From a virus (Duplodnaviria; Heunggongvirae; Uroviricota; Caudoviricetes): a stretch of DNA of 64,000 nucleotides. This document shows positions 41,236 to 50,685 of the stretch, in pieces; positions within the stretch are counted from its first letter, which is position 1, and each line of letters begins with the position of its first letter. The notes under the pieces are model-generated. The model was not told where the DNA came from and ran no database searches. It saw nothing but the letters and a program-made list of their open reading frames with translations. The position numbers were made by a program, and so were the translations under genes. The stretch covers positions 148,278 to 212,277 of the IMG/VR virus record IMGVR_UViG_3300028887_000002. One strand, 5' to 3'.

Positions 41236-42210
41236 ATGGATGCATTGGTCAGCATATTGGATGTAATATTGGGGAACCACCTGAAGGAGAGTGGTTCTTG
41301 GTATAGTTACAACTGCCCCAAGTGCGCCGAGGCTGACGGCGTTGAATGCGACCACAAGGGCAACTTGGAGGTCAATGTTGAGGAAGGGTGGTGTCATTGT
41401 TGGAAATGTGGTTATGCTTCCACGATAGAAAGGCTTATAAAACCCTACGCTTCAACCTCACAATTTGATGAGTTTAAACTTATCGTAAGGAACATACGAG
41501 AATCCCAGTTATATTCGTTTAACGGAACAGATGAGGATTCAAATAAGAATGCCTTCTGTGAGAAACTTGAACTTCCCGAAACATATACATCATTATTGGA
41601 TAAACCCAATAAAGCAGTATGGGAATATTTAAGAAACCGTGGGATAAATGAAGATATTGTCAAGAGATTCAATATTGGTTATACCAAGCAATATGGCGAA
41701 GCGAACAACAGGGTGGTGATACCCTCCTACGACAAGTGGGGAGAACTGAACTACTGGGTGGGTAGGGATTACACTGGGAAGTCCAAATTGAAGTATAAGA
41801 ACCCGAAGGTTGACAAGAAGTCCATTGTATTCAACGAATACCATATAAACTGGTACGAACCTGTCACCGTGGTGGAAGGACCGTTCGACCATATTGTGGT
41901 TCCCAATTCAATACCCCTTTTGGGTAAGTCCCTAAACGAAGGGTTTATGGTGCTTGACGTACTGATGAAGTATAGCAGGGAAAAGATAAACATACTGCTT
42001 GATGATGATGCAAAGTCCGAGGCGTACAATATGTATAAGTTCCTTAACGGGTTTGATGAGTTCAAGGGAAGGGTAAGAGTGGTTGAATGTCCCGAAGGGT
42101 ACGATGCGTCAGACATATACAGGGACTTTGGTGTCCGAGGGATTGTTGATTTGCTTTGCGGGGCAAAAAAGATAAAGGAAGAAGATTTAATATTTGCAAA
42201 TATATGTTAG
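41236..42210 (+). CDS. dnaG: DNA primase (Zn finger plus TOPRIM; gp61/DnaG-like)
   Basis: CPKC...CHCWKCG Zn finger, YLRNRGI....VKRFNIGY, RVVIPSYD, KYKNP, VEGPFD, LLDDDA and GYDASD. Confidence 0.9.
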   Translation: MDALVSILDVILGNHLKESGSWYSYNCPKCAEADGVECDHKGNLEVNVEEGWCHCWKCGYASTIERLIKPYASTSQFDEFKLIVRNIRESQLYSFNGTDEDSNKNAFCEKLELPETYTSLLDKPNKAVWEYLRNRGINEDIVKRFNIGYTKQYGEANNRVVIPSYDKWGELNYWVGRDYTGKSKLKYKNPKVDKKSIVFNEYHINWYEPVTVVEGPFDHIVVPNSIPLLGKSLNEGFMVLDVLMKYSREKINILLDDDAKSEAYNMYKFLNGFDEFKGRVRVVECPEGYDASDIYRDFGVRGIVDLLCGAKKIKEEDLIFANIC

Positions 42211-42590
42211 TGGAATTAGATAATAAACTTTGTAGGGACATACGGGACTGGTGTGAACAGGTCAATATGCCGATAAACGAGTATATTGAGAGAGTGCTAC
42301 GGATGGACTTGTCGTTAAGAAAATATGGTGACCTGAACGAGAAGGTTGGCAAAAAACAAAAGGAAACGAAAAAGAAAGAACCAACAGTAGTAGTTGCACC
42401 TTATGAAACGGATATGAATGTACCGACAATTGGTCAAAGCAAGGGTACTCCAGCAAATAAGGAAATTAACGCCAAATATGCACAGGTAGAAAAAGATATT
42501 ACTGAGCCTGTGGAGAGTGATACACCCAAAGAAGAAGAACCTCAACCTAAACAACCTAAGAAAAAGCAACGCATAATAAACATACATTAG
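42204..42590 (+). CDS. Hypothetical protein (possible ribbon-helix-helix N-terminus, Lys/Glu-rich tail)
   Basis: ATG 42204 overlaps the primase stop; MLVELDNKL...IRDWCEQVNMPINEYIERVL. Confidence 0.55.
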   Translation: MLVELDNKLCRDIRDWCEQVNMPINEYIERVLRMDLSLRKYGDLNEKVGKKQKETKKKEPTVVVAPYETDMNVPTIGQSKGTPANKEINAKYAQVEKDITEPVESDTPKEEEPQPKQPKKKQRIINIH

Positions 42591-42605
42591 AAAAAAAATA
42601 TATTT

Positions 42606-45023
42606 ATGATAGAATTGAAAGCAACAGACCGTGTAGCATTTGACCTGCATATGTACCAGGTTGATTACAACGAGCAGAAGATTGAGCAACTGAAACGTGA
42701 TATATCTGAGAAGTACGGGTTGCCGTTGAAGAACATAACGATAAACTTCATTCCCATAACGAATACTGACGATGGACAGCAGATTTCACTGGCTTCCGAC
42801 ATAATCCATAACATACAGGATGCTAACTTCCAAGTTGAGTTGTTCAAGGAGTATATAAAATGTAAGGAGATAAAGGATATTGACTTTGATGAAATTGTTG
42901 CAATAGACAACAGGGTTAATTCCTATGTTGACTTCGAGCAGTATTCAAAGTTCAAGTCATACAAGTTCAAGTATGTGAAGTGGAGCAACTACCTGTCGTA
43001 TGGTGCTGACAACTACTTTGACTTTACTAATTTGCACGGTCTTGTGCTGTTGAACGGAAAACCAGAGAACCAGTGCGGTAAGACCACGTTTGCAATAGAT
43101 TTGCTGAGGTTTGCCTTATTTGGCAAGGCAGTAAAGTCCCCGACACTGGACAGTGTATTCAATGTATATCTGCCAGAGGCTACGGAAGTAATGGTGGAGG
43201 CTTGCATTGAGATTGAAGGGTGTGACTATGTAATAAGAAGGACTGTTACCCGACCAGCGTTGAAGAAACGTACCGAGAAGAGCAAGTGCAAGCAGAACCT
43301 TGAATACTTCAAGTTGACAAACGGAACCCTTGACCTTATTGAGAACTGCGAGGGCGAGAATACCGCAGAGACCAACAACATCATAAAGGATTGCATAGGT
43401 AATGTGGATGACTTCAACCTTGTAATATCTGCTACTTCCTATACACTGGGTGATTTGTTGAGAATGGGCAATACCGACAAGGCAAAGTTGTTTTCAAGAT
43501 GGATGGGGTTGTTAAGTATTGAGAAGAAGGAAGAGATTGCAAAGAAATTATGGAAGGATACCATTAGCCCGTCACTATTCTCAAAGAAATACAACAGTTC
43601 ACAACTTGAAGGCGAGATAACTGACTACAACAACTGCATAACACAGTCGGAGAATGATATTGCTGAAGCCAACAAGAGTGTTACGGCATTGCAGAAGGAA
43701 ATCAAGGAGAAGATGGACGAGCGTGACAAGGTTGTGACCGACAGGCGACCCGTAAGGAAGGAACTTGAAAAACTGGACGTTGAGACAATAAACAACCAGA
43801 TAGCATCAAAGGAAGATGAACTTGCAACCAAGAGGGGTATAATGTCACAGCACAAGGTTGAATACGAAAAGGTAAGGAACAGCAAGTTCGACAACGATGA
43901 ATATCAAGAGTTGTTGTCCCAGATAGAAGCCGAGAAGAACAAGAAACATGAACTGGACGGGTTGAATGTCGAACTTAAAACCAAGATTAATGCCTTGAAG
44001 GAAGACAACCGCCGTATTGCAACGCTTATAGAGAACAAGGTATGTCCTACCTGCAACCAGCCGATAGACGTTTCATTGCAGAATGGGCAGATTGAGGAAA
44101 ACAACAAGAAGATTGAGGGATATATCAACGAAGGTGTATCAAACAAGAACAAGATACTGACAATAGATGAAAAAATCAAGCAACTGACAGAAAAGTCCAA
44201 GGCGATGGAGGCATCAAGGGAGGAAGTCAATGAAAAGCAAAGGCTTGAACTGAAGATGACTGCGGTAAAGACCAATATTGACAACATCAAGTTGACCTTG
44301 CAGACATTGAAACAGCAACTTGCAGACATTGAGGAAAACAAGGAAAGCCTCAAGTACAACAACGAGATTGACCTGAAGGTGAACAACCTCAACATTGCAA
44401 TAAATACCCTTACAGCATCAAGGGACAAGAAACAGAGTGACATTGCAACCATACAGGGTAACATAAAGTTCTATAAACTTGAAATTGATAAGCGCAACGA
44501 AGTAATCGCCAAGATAAAGGAGGAGGAAAAACTCATAAGGGACTGGAACCTCTATCTTGAAATGGTCGGAAAGAACGGCATTATAAAGATAATACTGAGA
44601 AAGGCATTACCTATTATAAACAACGAGGTTGCAAGAATACTTGACGGCTTATGCGACTTCGAGGTTGTCCTTGACATTGACGACAAGAACAACGTAAGCA
44701 TTGACCTTGTAAGGGACGGTGAAAGTCTTGACCTTGGAACTTGTGCGTCTGGCTTTGAGGGGACTTTTGCATCATTGGCGCTACGTTCCGCACTTGCAAG
44801 CATATCGTCCATAAGCAGACCGAACTTCCTCTGCCTTGACGAGGTTGATTCGACAATATCTTCGGTGAACTACGACAAGTTGACGGAACTCTACCGCAGG
44901 ATACTTTCAAACTACCAGTTCATAATACATATAGTGCATAACGAACTCCTTGCGGACATCCATGATATGACGATTACGGTGGTAAAGGAAGGCAATGTTT
45001 CAAAAATTCAAAAAATTTCTTAA
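42606..45023 (+). CDS. sbcC: SbcC/Rad50-like ATPase (T4 gp46 recombination endonuclease subunit)
   Basis: WSNYLSYG, Walker A G..ENQCGKTT, long coiled coils with Zn hook CPTC, signature ASGFE, Walker B LCLDEVD, and the H-loop IVHN. Confidence 0.9.
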   Translation: MIELKATDRVAFDLHMYQVDYNEQKIEQLKRDISEKYGLPLKNITINFIPITNTDDGQQISLASDIIHNIQDANFQVELFKEYIKCKEIKDIDFDEIVAIDNRVNSYVDFEQYSKFKSYKFKYVKWSNYLSYGADNYFDFTNLHGLVLLNGKPENQCGKTTFAIDLLRFALFGKAVKSPTLDSVFNVYLPEATEVMVEACIEIEGCDYVIRRTVTRPALKKRTEKSKCKQNLEYFKLTNGTLDLIENCEGENTAETNNIIKDCIGNVDDFNLVISATSYTLGDLLRMGNTDKAKLFSRWMGLLSIEKKEEIAKKLWKDTISPSLFSKKYNSSQLEGEITDYNNCITQSENDIAEANKSVTALQKEIKEKMDERDKVVTDRRPVRKELEKLDVETINNQIASKEDELATKRGIMSQHKVEYEKVRNSKFDNDEYQELLSQIEAEKNKKHELDGLNVELKTKINALKEDNRRIATLIENKVCPTCNQPIDVSLQNGQIEENNKKIEGYINEGVSNKNKILTIDEKIKQLTEKSKAMEASREEVNEKQRLELKMTAVKTNIDNIKLTLQTLKQQLADIEENKESLKYNNEIDLKVNNLNIAINTLTASRDKKQSDIATIQGNIKFYKLEIDKRNEVIAKIKEEEKLIRDWNLYLEMVGKNGIIKIILRKALPIINNEVARILDGLCDFEVVLDIDDKNNVSIDLVRDGESLDLGTCASGFEGTFASLALRSALASISSISRPNFLCLDEVDSTISSVNYDKLTELYRRILSNYQFIIHIVHNELLADIHDMTITVVKEGNVSKIQKIS

Positions 45024-45083
45024 ACAAGACTTGTTTTTTTCTGACAAGATAGTTATATTGGCGAGAAAAAATTATTTTGAGAA

Positions 45084-45764
45084 ATGATTGAGAGTGAATG
45101 TAATAGTGTAAGCCTTTATTTTAAGGACATTGAGAAGATAAACCACCTGAAGCGCGAGGAGGAATACGAACTGGCTCGTAGGATAAGGGAAGGTGACGAG
45201 GAAGCCCTCAATACCCTTATAAAGTCCAACCTCAAGTTTGTAGTTTCTATGGCAAAGGAGTATACAAAGTATGGCGTACCCATAGCAGACTTGATTTCAG
45301 CAGGTAATATTGGACTTATTACAGCAGCAAAAAAGTACAGCGAATCCAAGGGGGTAAAACTTATTTCCTATGCTGTGTGGTGGATAAGAGATTCAATTAA
45401 CGAATGTGTCAAACAATATAAAAAGAAAAACATAACCAATGAAGAGGCTAATACCTACAGCATGGAGGAATACCGTGAATATGCTGACAAGATAAACGCA
45501 TCATTTGAGGAAGACGTGGTGGATGCACTTAACAACCGTTCAGCCATTGAAACCTTGATGACCTGTCTTAATGAACGTGAGGTTAAGGTGTTGACGCTAT
45601 ACTTTGGACTATACGGTGAAAAGGAAATGAACCTCAACGAAATATCGGATGTAATAAACGTAAGCGCCGAGCGCACAAGACAGATACTGCATATGTCGCT
45701 TGACAAACTCAGGGTGAGCGCACTTTGTAGCAAGGAATTTGAAAATCTGAAAAATTTGTGCTAA
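45084..45764 (+). CDS. Phage-encoded sigma-70-family RNA polymerase sigma factor
   Basis: Region 1.2 VSLYFKDI...L.REEEYELARRI.EGDEEA; region 2 NLKFVVS.AK.Y....DLISAGNIGLI.AAKKY....GVKLISYAVWWIR; region 4 LNEREVKVL.LYFGL....MNL.EIS..I.VS.ER.RQI...SL.KLR. Confidence 0.92.
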   Translation: MIESECNSVSLYFKDIEKINHLKREEEYELARRIREGDEEALNTLIKSNLKFVVSMAKEYTKYGVPIADLISAGNIGLITAAKKYSESKGVKLISYAVWWIRDSINECVKQYKKKNITNEEANTYSMEEYREYADKINASFEEDVVDALNNRSAIETLMTCLNEREVKVLTLYFGLYGEKEMNLNEISDVINVSAERTRQILHMSLDKLRVSALCSKEFENLKNLC

Positions 45765-45807
45765 TTTTCAGAAATGATTGATAATTATATATTATAAGTA
45801 AATTTTT

Positions 45808-46269
45808 ATGGCAACAAAGAAGAAAACTATCAGCAAGGAAGAGAGCGAAAGCCTCATAAACGATTTCATTGAAAGCAATACTGGAAAGACGATAACGGAG
45901 ACAAAGAAGAAACCAGCACAGAAGAAAAACCAACCGAAGGAAACGGCTGCCAAGCGCAAGATGAAACGTGTGTCGGAAGATGAACTTCCAAAGGAAACTG
46001 TTATGGAAGAAATCCCAACGGAAACCGTTATTGATGATGAGGTACTGAAAATTTTGGAAGAAAATGAAAAGACTGGGGAAGAAATGCCCACATACGAGGT
46101 GACGATAGTGGATGCACAACCTTTGGACAAGGTGGAAGTCGAAATGACAATTGAACCACCAAAGGCTGAAGAGAAACCAAAGGATAACCCAGAGGTGAAG
46201 AAGCCAGCAAGACCGAAGACGATGATGGAGGTTTACGGTTATTCGCATATGGGAATGATTTATGATTAG
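45808..46269 (+). CDS. Hypothetical Lys/Glu-rich protein
   Basis: 153-aa low-complexity ORF with an ATG after an AT-rich leader. Confidence 0.6.
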   Translation: MATKKKTISKEESESLINDFIESNTGKTITETKKKPAQKKNQPKETAAKRKMKRVSEDELPKETVMEEIPTETVIDDEVLKILEENEKTGEEMPTYEVTIVDAQPLDKVEVEMTIEPPKAEEKPKDNPEVKKPARPKTMMEVYGYSHMGMIYD

Positions 46270-46282
46270 TAACTAATTGATT

Positions 46283-46798
46283 ATGAATGGATATGACATT
46301 ATAAAGGAAGGCCTCAGCGTAATGAGGAGACAGAGGATGCTGACCGAGGAGGTCAACCGCAACAGCAATGATGCAGTTCCCTATTCAAGGGAGGACGAAC
46401 TTATGACCAGCATCATGGAGACGGCAAAGACCCAGTTCGGTGCTGACTTTTCAAAGTACAAGACCCCGATGCTCTACTACCCGAAGGATGGTGACGTGAC
46501 ATTGAGTGGCGAGATTTCAGACCTTAACGGCTTGAAGTTCCAGTTCAGATACAAGGATTCGTCTGGTAACGGCTGTTACATATTCGTGGATTCCGAAAAG
46601 AACGACGGCAACGGAAATACATCAAGTTTCATTCAACTTACTGATGAAACTATCCGTAAGTTCAACATCATATACGGAGTATTCAAGAACTGGAAACGTT
46701 CACTTGCAAGTGCCGAAGACATAAAGCCGATGTCGTTGAAGAACGAGGAGGAAGAGGACAGCAACCCGCCGATGGTTCCTGGTGACGACATAATGTAG
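46283..46798 (+). CDS. Hypothetical protein with an LTE site near the N-terminus
   Basis: MNGYDIIKEGLSVMRRQRMLTEE...; ATG 46283 is preferred to TTG 46277. Confidence 0.6.
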   Translation: MNGYDIIKEGLSVMRRQRMLTEEVNRNSNDAVPYSREDELMTSIMETAKTQFGADFSKYKTPMLYYPKDGDVTLSGEISDLNGLKFQFRYKDSSGNGCYIFVDSEKNDGNGNTSSFIQLTDETIRKFNIIYGVFKNWKRSLASAEDIKPMSLKNEEEEDSNPPMVPGDDIM

Positions 46799-46830
46799 GT
46801 CAATCATTTTCCTCAATATATATCTTCCCT

Positions 46831-46865
46831 CTCTTTTCAGCCAAGGTTGGAAAGAGATTTTTTTT
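46831..46865 (+). terminator. Intrinsic terminator
   Basis: CTCTTTTCAGCC-aa-GGTTGGAAAGAG followed by a T-run. Confidence 0.7.
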
Positions 46866-46886
46866 ATTATTTTTTTTATCTTGTAC

Positions 46887-46893
46887 TATTTAT
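46887..46893 (+). promoter_or_regulatory. Putative late promoter element TATTTAT
   Basis: TACTATTTATAAT, 32 nt before ATG 46926 and just after a terminator. Confidence 0.65.
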
Positions 46894-46925
46894 AATCATA
46901 ATAACGAAATAAAATTGATTATAAT

Positions 46926-47642
46926 ATGAAACAAAGAATTAGACTTACAGAATCTGACCTAAGGAATATTGTCAGAGAAGCAATCAACGAACTTGATTGG
47001 AAAACTTATGCTAATGCTGCAAATAAGTCACTTAAAGGTAACTATAAAATGCGTGAAAAAGGCAAATCCGATTCTTATAAGAATAACCGTGCAAAAAGAT
47101 TTGCTGATGCAGCCGTTAATGCTTTTAATCAAGAGTTTGGATACGACAATCGTACCCGTGGACATCACCAGTCATATAATATGGATTCATATTTACCTAC
47201 AGATGAATTTTATTATTCAGATGGCACTAGAGGAAGTTTTTTTGAAAGATGGTTAAAATATAGAAATATTGATATAGATGAATTGACTAATGATGAAATA
47301 GATAAGTTATATAACGAATTTCTTAGTAGTGAAGAAACTATAACATCAATGACCGTTAATAACACTGCTAGGGGATGGGATGGTGATACATATGGCGATA
47401 GTTTCACGGATACTTATACAATCAGCCCATATAAGTATAGTGAAACAGGTGAGGGTGATGAGTGGGACGAAACAGCATATCCTGATAAAGAAACTATTGA
47501 TGCTAGAAATAGAGGAAATAGAGAAGTTAGAGACTTTAAAAATGGTAAATATCATTATGAAAAAGGAGAGGGTTGGAAGAATCGGAGGAAAAATAATATT
47601 GATGAAACCATATCTCGTGTTATTCGCAATTATATTCGTTAA
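46926..47642 (+). CDS. LTE-leader protein (putative head-internal cargo)
   Basis: MKQRIRLTESDLRNIVREAINE ... IDETISRVIRNYIR; a stand-alone unit with its own promoter element and terminator. Confidence 0.65.
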   Translation: MKQRIRLTESDLRNIVREAINELDWKTYANAANKSLKGNYKMREKGKSDSYKNNRAKRFADAAVNAFNQEFGYDNRTRGHHQSYNMDSYLPTDEFYYSDGTRGSFFERWLKYRNIDIDELTNDEIDKLYNEFLSSEETITSMTVNNTARGWDGDTYGDSFTDTYTISPYKYSETGEGDEWDETAYPDKETIDARNRGNREVRDFKNGKYHYEKGEGWKNRRKNNIDETISRVIRNYIR

Positions 47643-47697
47643 ACCGCCAACTTCACACTCTCATAACTGAATGCACCGACACTCATTCCGAACATAT

Positions 47698-47726
47698 AAG
47701 CGAACCATAATTGATTCGCTTTTTTT
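47698..47726 (+). terminator. Intrinsic terminator
   Basis: AAGCGAA-ccataattga-TTCGCTT followed by TTTTT. Confidence 0.7.
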
Positions 47727-47749
47727 ATGCACTATTTGGTACATATTAC

Positions 47750-47756
47750 TATTTAT
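47750..47756 (+). promoter_or_regulatory. Putative late promoter element TATTTAT
   Basis: TACTATTTATTGTT, 23 nt before ATG 47780. Confidence 0.6.
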
Positions 47757-47779
47757 TGTTAATATAATGCATAAAAATT

Positions 47780-48436
47780 ATGACAGCAATATTGGAATTT
47801 ATCAAGAAATACTGGAAACTGATAGTGGGGATTATACTTATTGGTTTGATAGTCGCATTGGGCGTGACAATATCTTCAATGAGAAAGACCATCAAGAAGT
47901 ACAAGGAGAACTACGACATCGCCATGACGAACAACAAGGCGTACCAGGATGAAATCAATGGTCTTACAACCGACAAGCACGTCTATGAACTTACGATTGA
48001 TGAATTGAGAAATGCTAACGATTCCATATCACAGAAAATAAAGGAAGTCCAGAAGGAACTTGAAATAAAGGACAAGGAACTAGCCGCAGCCTCATATTCA
48101 CATTCAACGTTCGTAAAGCACGACACCATAAGGTTGACAGATACCATCTTCAAGGAGGAAACCTTTGCTTTCGATACGATAATAAGGGATTCCGTATGGT
48201 ACAAGTTGTCGCTTTCGCTTGCATACCCTTCAACCATTGTGGTAAATCCAGAGATAACCTCGGAGAAACTTATATACTATACCATTGAGAAGGAGACAAT
48301 CGAAGCCCCCAAAAAGTGTTGGCTGGCAAGGTTGTTCCAGAAGAAGCACAGGGTACTGAAGGTGCAAGTCAAGGAACTTAATCCATATATAACTGAGGAT
48401 AAGAACAGATTCATTGAAATAATCAAGAAAAAATAG
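47780..48436 (+). CDS. Membrane-anchored coiled-coil protein, possible spanin (Rz-like)
   Basis: N-terminal TM segment (WKLIVGIILIGLIVALGVTI), coiled coil, HDTIRLTDT, and C-terminal KKCWLARLFQKKH. Confidence 0.5.
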   Translation: MTAILEFIKKYWKLIVGIILIGLIVALGVTISSMRKTIKKYKENYDIAMTNNKAYQDEINGLTTDKHVYELTIDELRNANDSISQKIKEVQKELEIKDKELAAASYSHSTFVKHDTIRLTDTIFKEETFAFDTIIRDSVWYKLSLSLAYPSTIVVNPEITSEKLIYYTIEKETIEAPKKCWLARLFQKKHRVLKVQVKELNPYITEDKNRFIEIIKKK

Positions 48437-48450
48437 TATATATCAAAGAT

Positions 48451-48663
48451 ATGGATAAGTATAGAAGAATATTGAGACAGGTACTGAACGAAGAACTCTC
48501 AAAAAAGGATGTTGAGGAACTTGTATCCAACGAACTCGACAAGAAGTTCAAGACAAGGGATTTTGAACGTCTAATTAATCGTATTACTGCCGATGCCCTA
48601 GGTGAATTCTTTGATAAATTATGGATGAAGAAGCAGTTCATAAAGGATTGTATAAAGAACTAA
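48451..48663 (+). CDS. Small helical protein with LNE site
   Basis: MDKYRRILRQVLNEELSKKDVEELV...; 70 aa. Confidence 0.6.
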   Translation: MDKYRRILRQVLNEELSKKDVEELVSNELDKKFKTRDFERLINRITADALGEFFDKLWMKKQFIKDCIKN

Positions 48664-48675
48664 ATTTAGAGAGAA

Positions 48676-50685
48676 ATGAACAATATTACGACCAATAGAC
48701 CCCTATTGACCGAGTCGGCGGTAGACCGTGCCATTGATGCCATGATACAGCGCAACCTGCCCGACAATGCCAAAGGTTATATGGAAATCCCGATAAACCA
48801 ACTCGCAAAAGAACATCCTGAGATATTGAACAATGTGGCGCTCAACCAAACACCAGAAGTCATGGAAAAATACGGCGGTTTGAAACTGAAGGATTTCATC
48901 AGAGTATCAATTATGCAGATGTTCGACATTGGACGCGGTAAGGGTCCCAAGAAGTACATGAGGGGTATTTTCCGAATAATGCTGGATGAGATAAAATGTC
49001 TCCGCAACCCCGACATGAACCAAATCAACCAATTGAAAAACGATGTCATGTACATAATGCAAGCGTCAGAGAACGGCATCGACCAGGAAGCGGAAAATAT
49101 GGATGGCAACCTCAACGGTTGGTCGTTATCTAAAATAAACCAAACATTTAGGGAGAAACGCAAGAAATTCTTTGCGTCAATAAGGGACAGGCTAGGCGGA
49201 AAAAGTTTCAACGACAAACCGAGATACAGCAAAGTCGTAATAAATACGCATGAGGATGCTATGAAATACGCAAACTACGTTAAGTGGTGTATTACATTTG
49301 ATAATCCAACTAATTACGATTCGTACACGCAAGGGGGAAGGCGCTTTTATATATTTCTCCGTGATGGTTTTGAAAATGTACCGCGACAGATGGGTGAGAA
49401 CTGTCCTTTTGACGACTACGGGATGAGTATGGTGTCGGTATTGGTCGATACGGAGGGTAATATAAGCATAATTACCACAAGGTGGAACCATGACCATGAC
49501 GGTGAATTAAACCCGCCTTCACCCGAACAGGTTGAGATGGTTATGAATTTAATGGGTGTTAATTTATATAGGGAATGTCCGCCTTATACTAAAGAGGAAC
49601 TGAAGTCAATGGGTATTACCACGTTTGAAGATGTCCCCGAACTGCTTGTACAGGGGGTTGACCCAAGGGAGATATTCGAAAGGATTTATGCATTCTCCGA
49701 AGGTTTCGCATGGGTTGCGTTGAACGGCAAATGTAATTACCTCACCTCAGAAGGTCAGTTGTTGTCACCTAACCAGTGGTTTGATGGTGCTTATGATTTC
49801 TACGAAGGGTTCGCAAAGGTTTGGTTGAACGGCAAATGGAACTTCATAACTACCGAAGGTCAGTTGTTGTCACCTAACCAGTGGTTTGATGGTGCTGATG
49901 ATTTCTCCGAAGGGTTCGCAAAGGTTGAGTTGAACGGCAAATGTAATTACCTCACCTCAGAAGGTCAGTTGTTGTCGCCTAACCAATGGTTTGATTATTG
50001 TTATAATTTTTACAAAGGGTTTGCTGTGGTTGAGTTGAATAATAAAAGTTATCTTCTTCGTAGAGATGGATGGTTGTGTGATTATAACACAAAGCAACCA
50101 ATCCCCGAACTGAATGAGAATAAAGTTAATAAGCGCACCTTCTATATAAACGAAACAACAATAAACGACTTGTTTGATGCAAAGGATATGACTGAATACA
50201 AGTTCATATCAAATGTAAAGAAATTCCTTTCTCAGTTGATTGATGACCCAGTGAATGCTCAGCCGAGCAGGGTTTTAAAGTTTAATGGTCTCGATAGGAA
50301 GGAACTCATTAGTAAACTTATGGACAATGGCATTGTTATAAAGAAGGAACGCATATCCGACAGGGATGAGAATGGAAATCCCAAGACGGCGACAATGCTT
50401 GTGTCATTCAAGATTCCAAGGGAGGATTTCGACCATAAGATGAAGAAATTATACATAAGCCTCTTTGAAAATGTACAATCCCCCTATGAGTTCATATGTG
50501 AGGATGGTGGTGCTGGTGCATCGGGAGGTGCTTGCGCTGGCGGAGACTGTGGGTGTATGTCCTGTGGTGAGGCTTGTTCTGCGGGCGGTGCTACAAGTGC
50601 TGATACCAGTGGACAATTTATAACGCCGTTGTTCGGTACGATAGTTAGAAGAAAAAAGAAAAAATCTAAGAAAAATGCTGAGTGA
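48676..50685 (+). CDS. Multi-domain LTE-site protein with WG beta-repeats (possible head-internal polyprotein)
   Basis: LLTES at the N-terminus; a KWCIT...Y......FYIFL domain; 3.5 repeats of FSEGFA.V.LNGK.NY....GQLLSPNQWFD; then ELNE|NKVNKRTFYINE and a Gly/Cys-rich tail. Confidence 0.65.
   Translation: MNNITTNRPLLTESAVDRAIDAMIQRNLPDNAKGYMEIPINQLAKEHPEILNNVALNQTPEVMEKYGGLKLKDFIRVSIMQMFDIGRGKGPKKYMRGIFRIMLDEIKCLRNPDMNQINQLKNDVMYIMQASENGIDQEAENMDGNLNGWSLSKINQTFREKRKKFFASIRDRLGGKSFNDKPRYSKVVINTHEDAMKYANYVKWCITFDNPTNYDSYTQGGRRFYIFLRDGFENVPRQMGENCPFDDYGMSMVSVLVDTEGNISIITTRWNHDHDGELNPPSPEQVEMVMNLMGVNLYRECPPYTKEELKSMGITTFEDVPELLVQGVDPREIFERIYAFSEGFAWVALNGKCNYLTSEGQLLSPNQWFDGAYDFYEGFAKVWLNGKWNFITTEGQLLSPNQWFDGADDFSEGFAKVELNGKCNYLTSEGQLLSPNQWFDYCYNFYKGFAVVELNNKSYLLRRDGWLCDYNTKQPIPELNENKVNKRTFYINETTINDLFDAKDMTEYKFISNVKKFLSQLIDDPVNAQPSRVLKFNGLDRKELISKLMDNGIVIKKERISDRDENGNPKTATMLVSFKIPREDFDHKMKKLYISLFENVQSPYEFICEDGGAGASGGACAGGDCGCMSCGEACSAGGATSADTSGQFITPLFGTIVRRKKKKSKKNAE
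49693..50070 (+). repeat. 105-nt tandem coding repeats (WG repeats)
   Basis: Units start at 49693, 49798, 49903 and 50008 (last one partial). Units 1 and 3 are nearly identical at the DNA level. Confidence 0.9.

Noticed and set aside
42601-42607. TATTTAT as a late promoter for sbcC
   Set aside because: It overlaps the ATG itself, so it cannot initiate a transcript that includes the start codon; likely coincidental.
49693-50070. Diversity-generating retroelement template/variable repeat pair
   Set aside because: No reverse transcriptase is in the window, the repeats are in-frame tandem units, and their differences include G/T changes (ggt/ggg, ggt-gct/tat-tgt), so they are not adenine-restricted.
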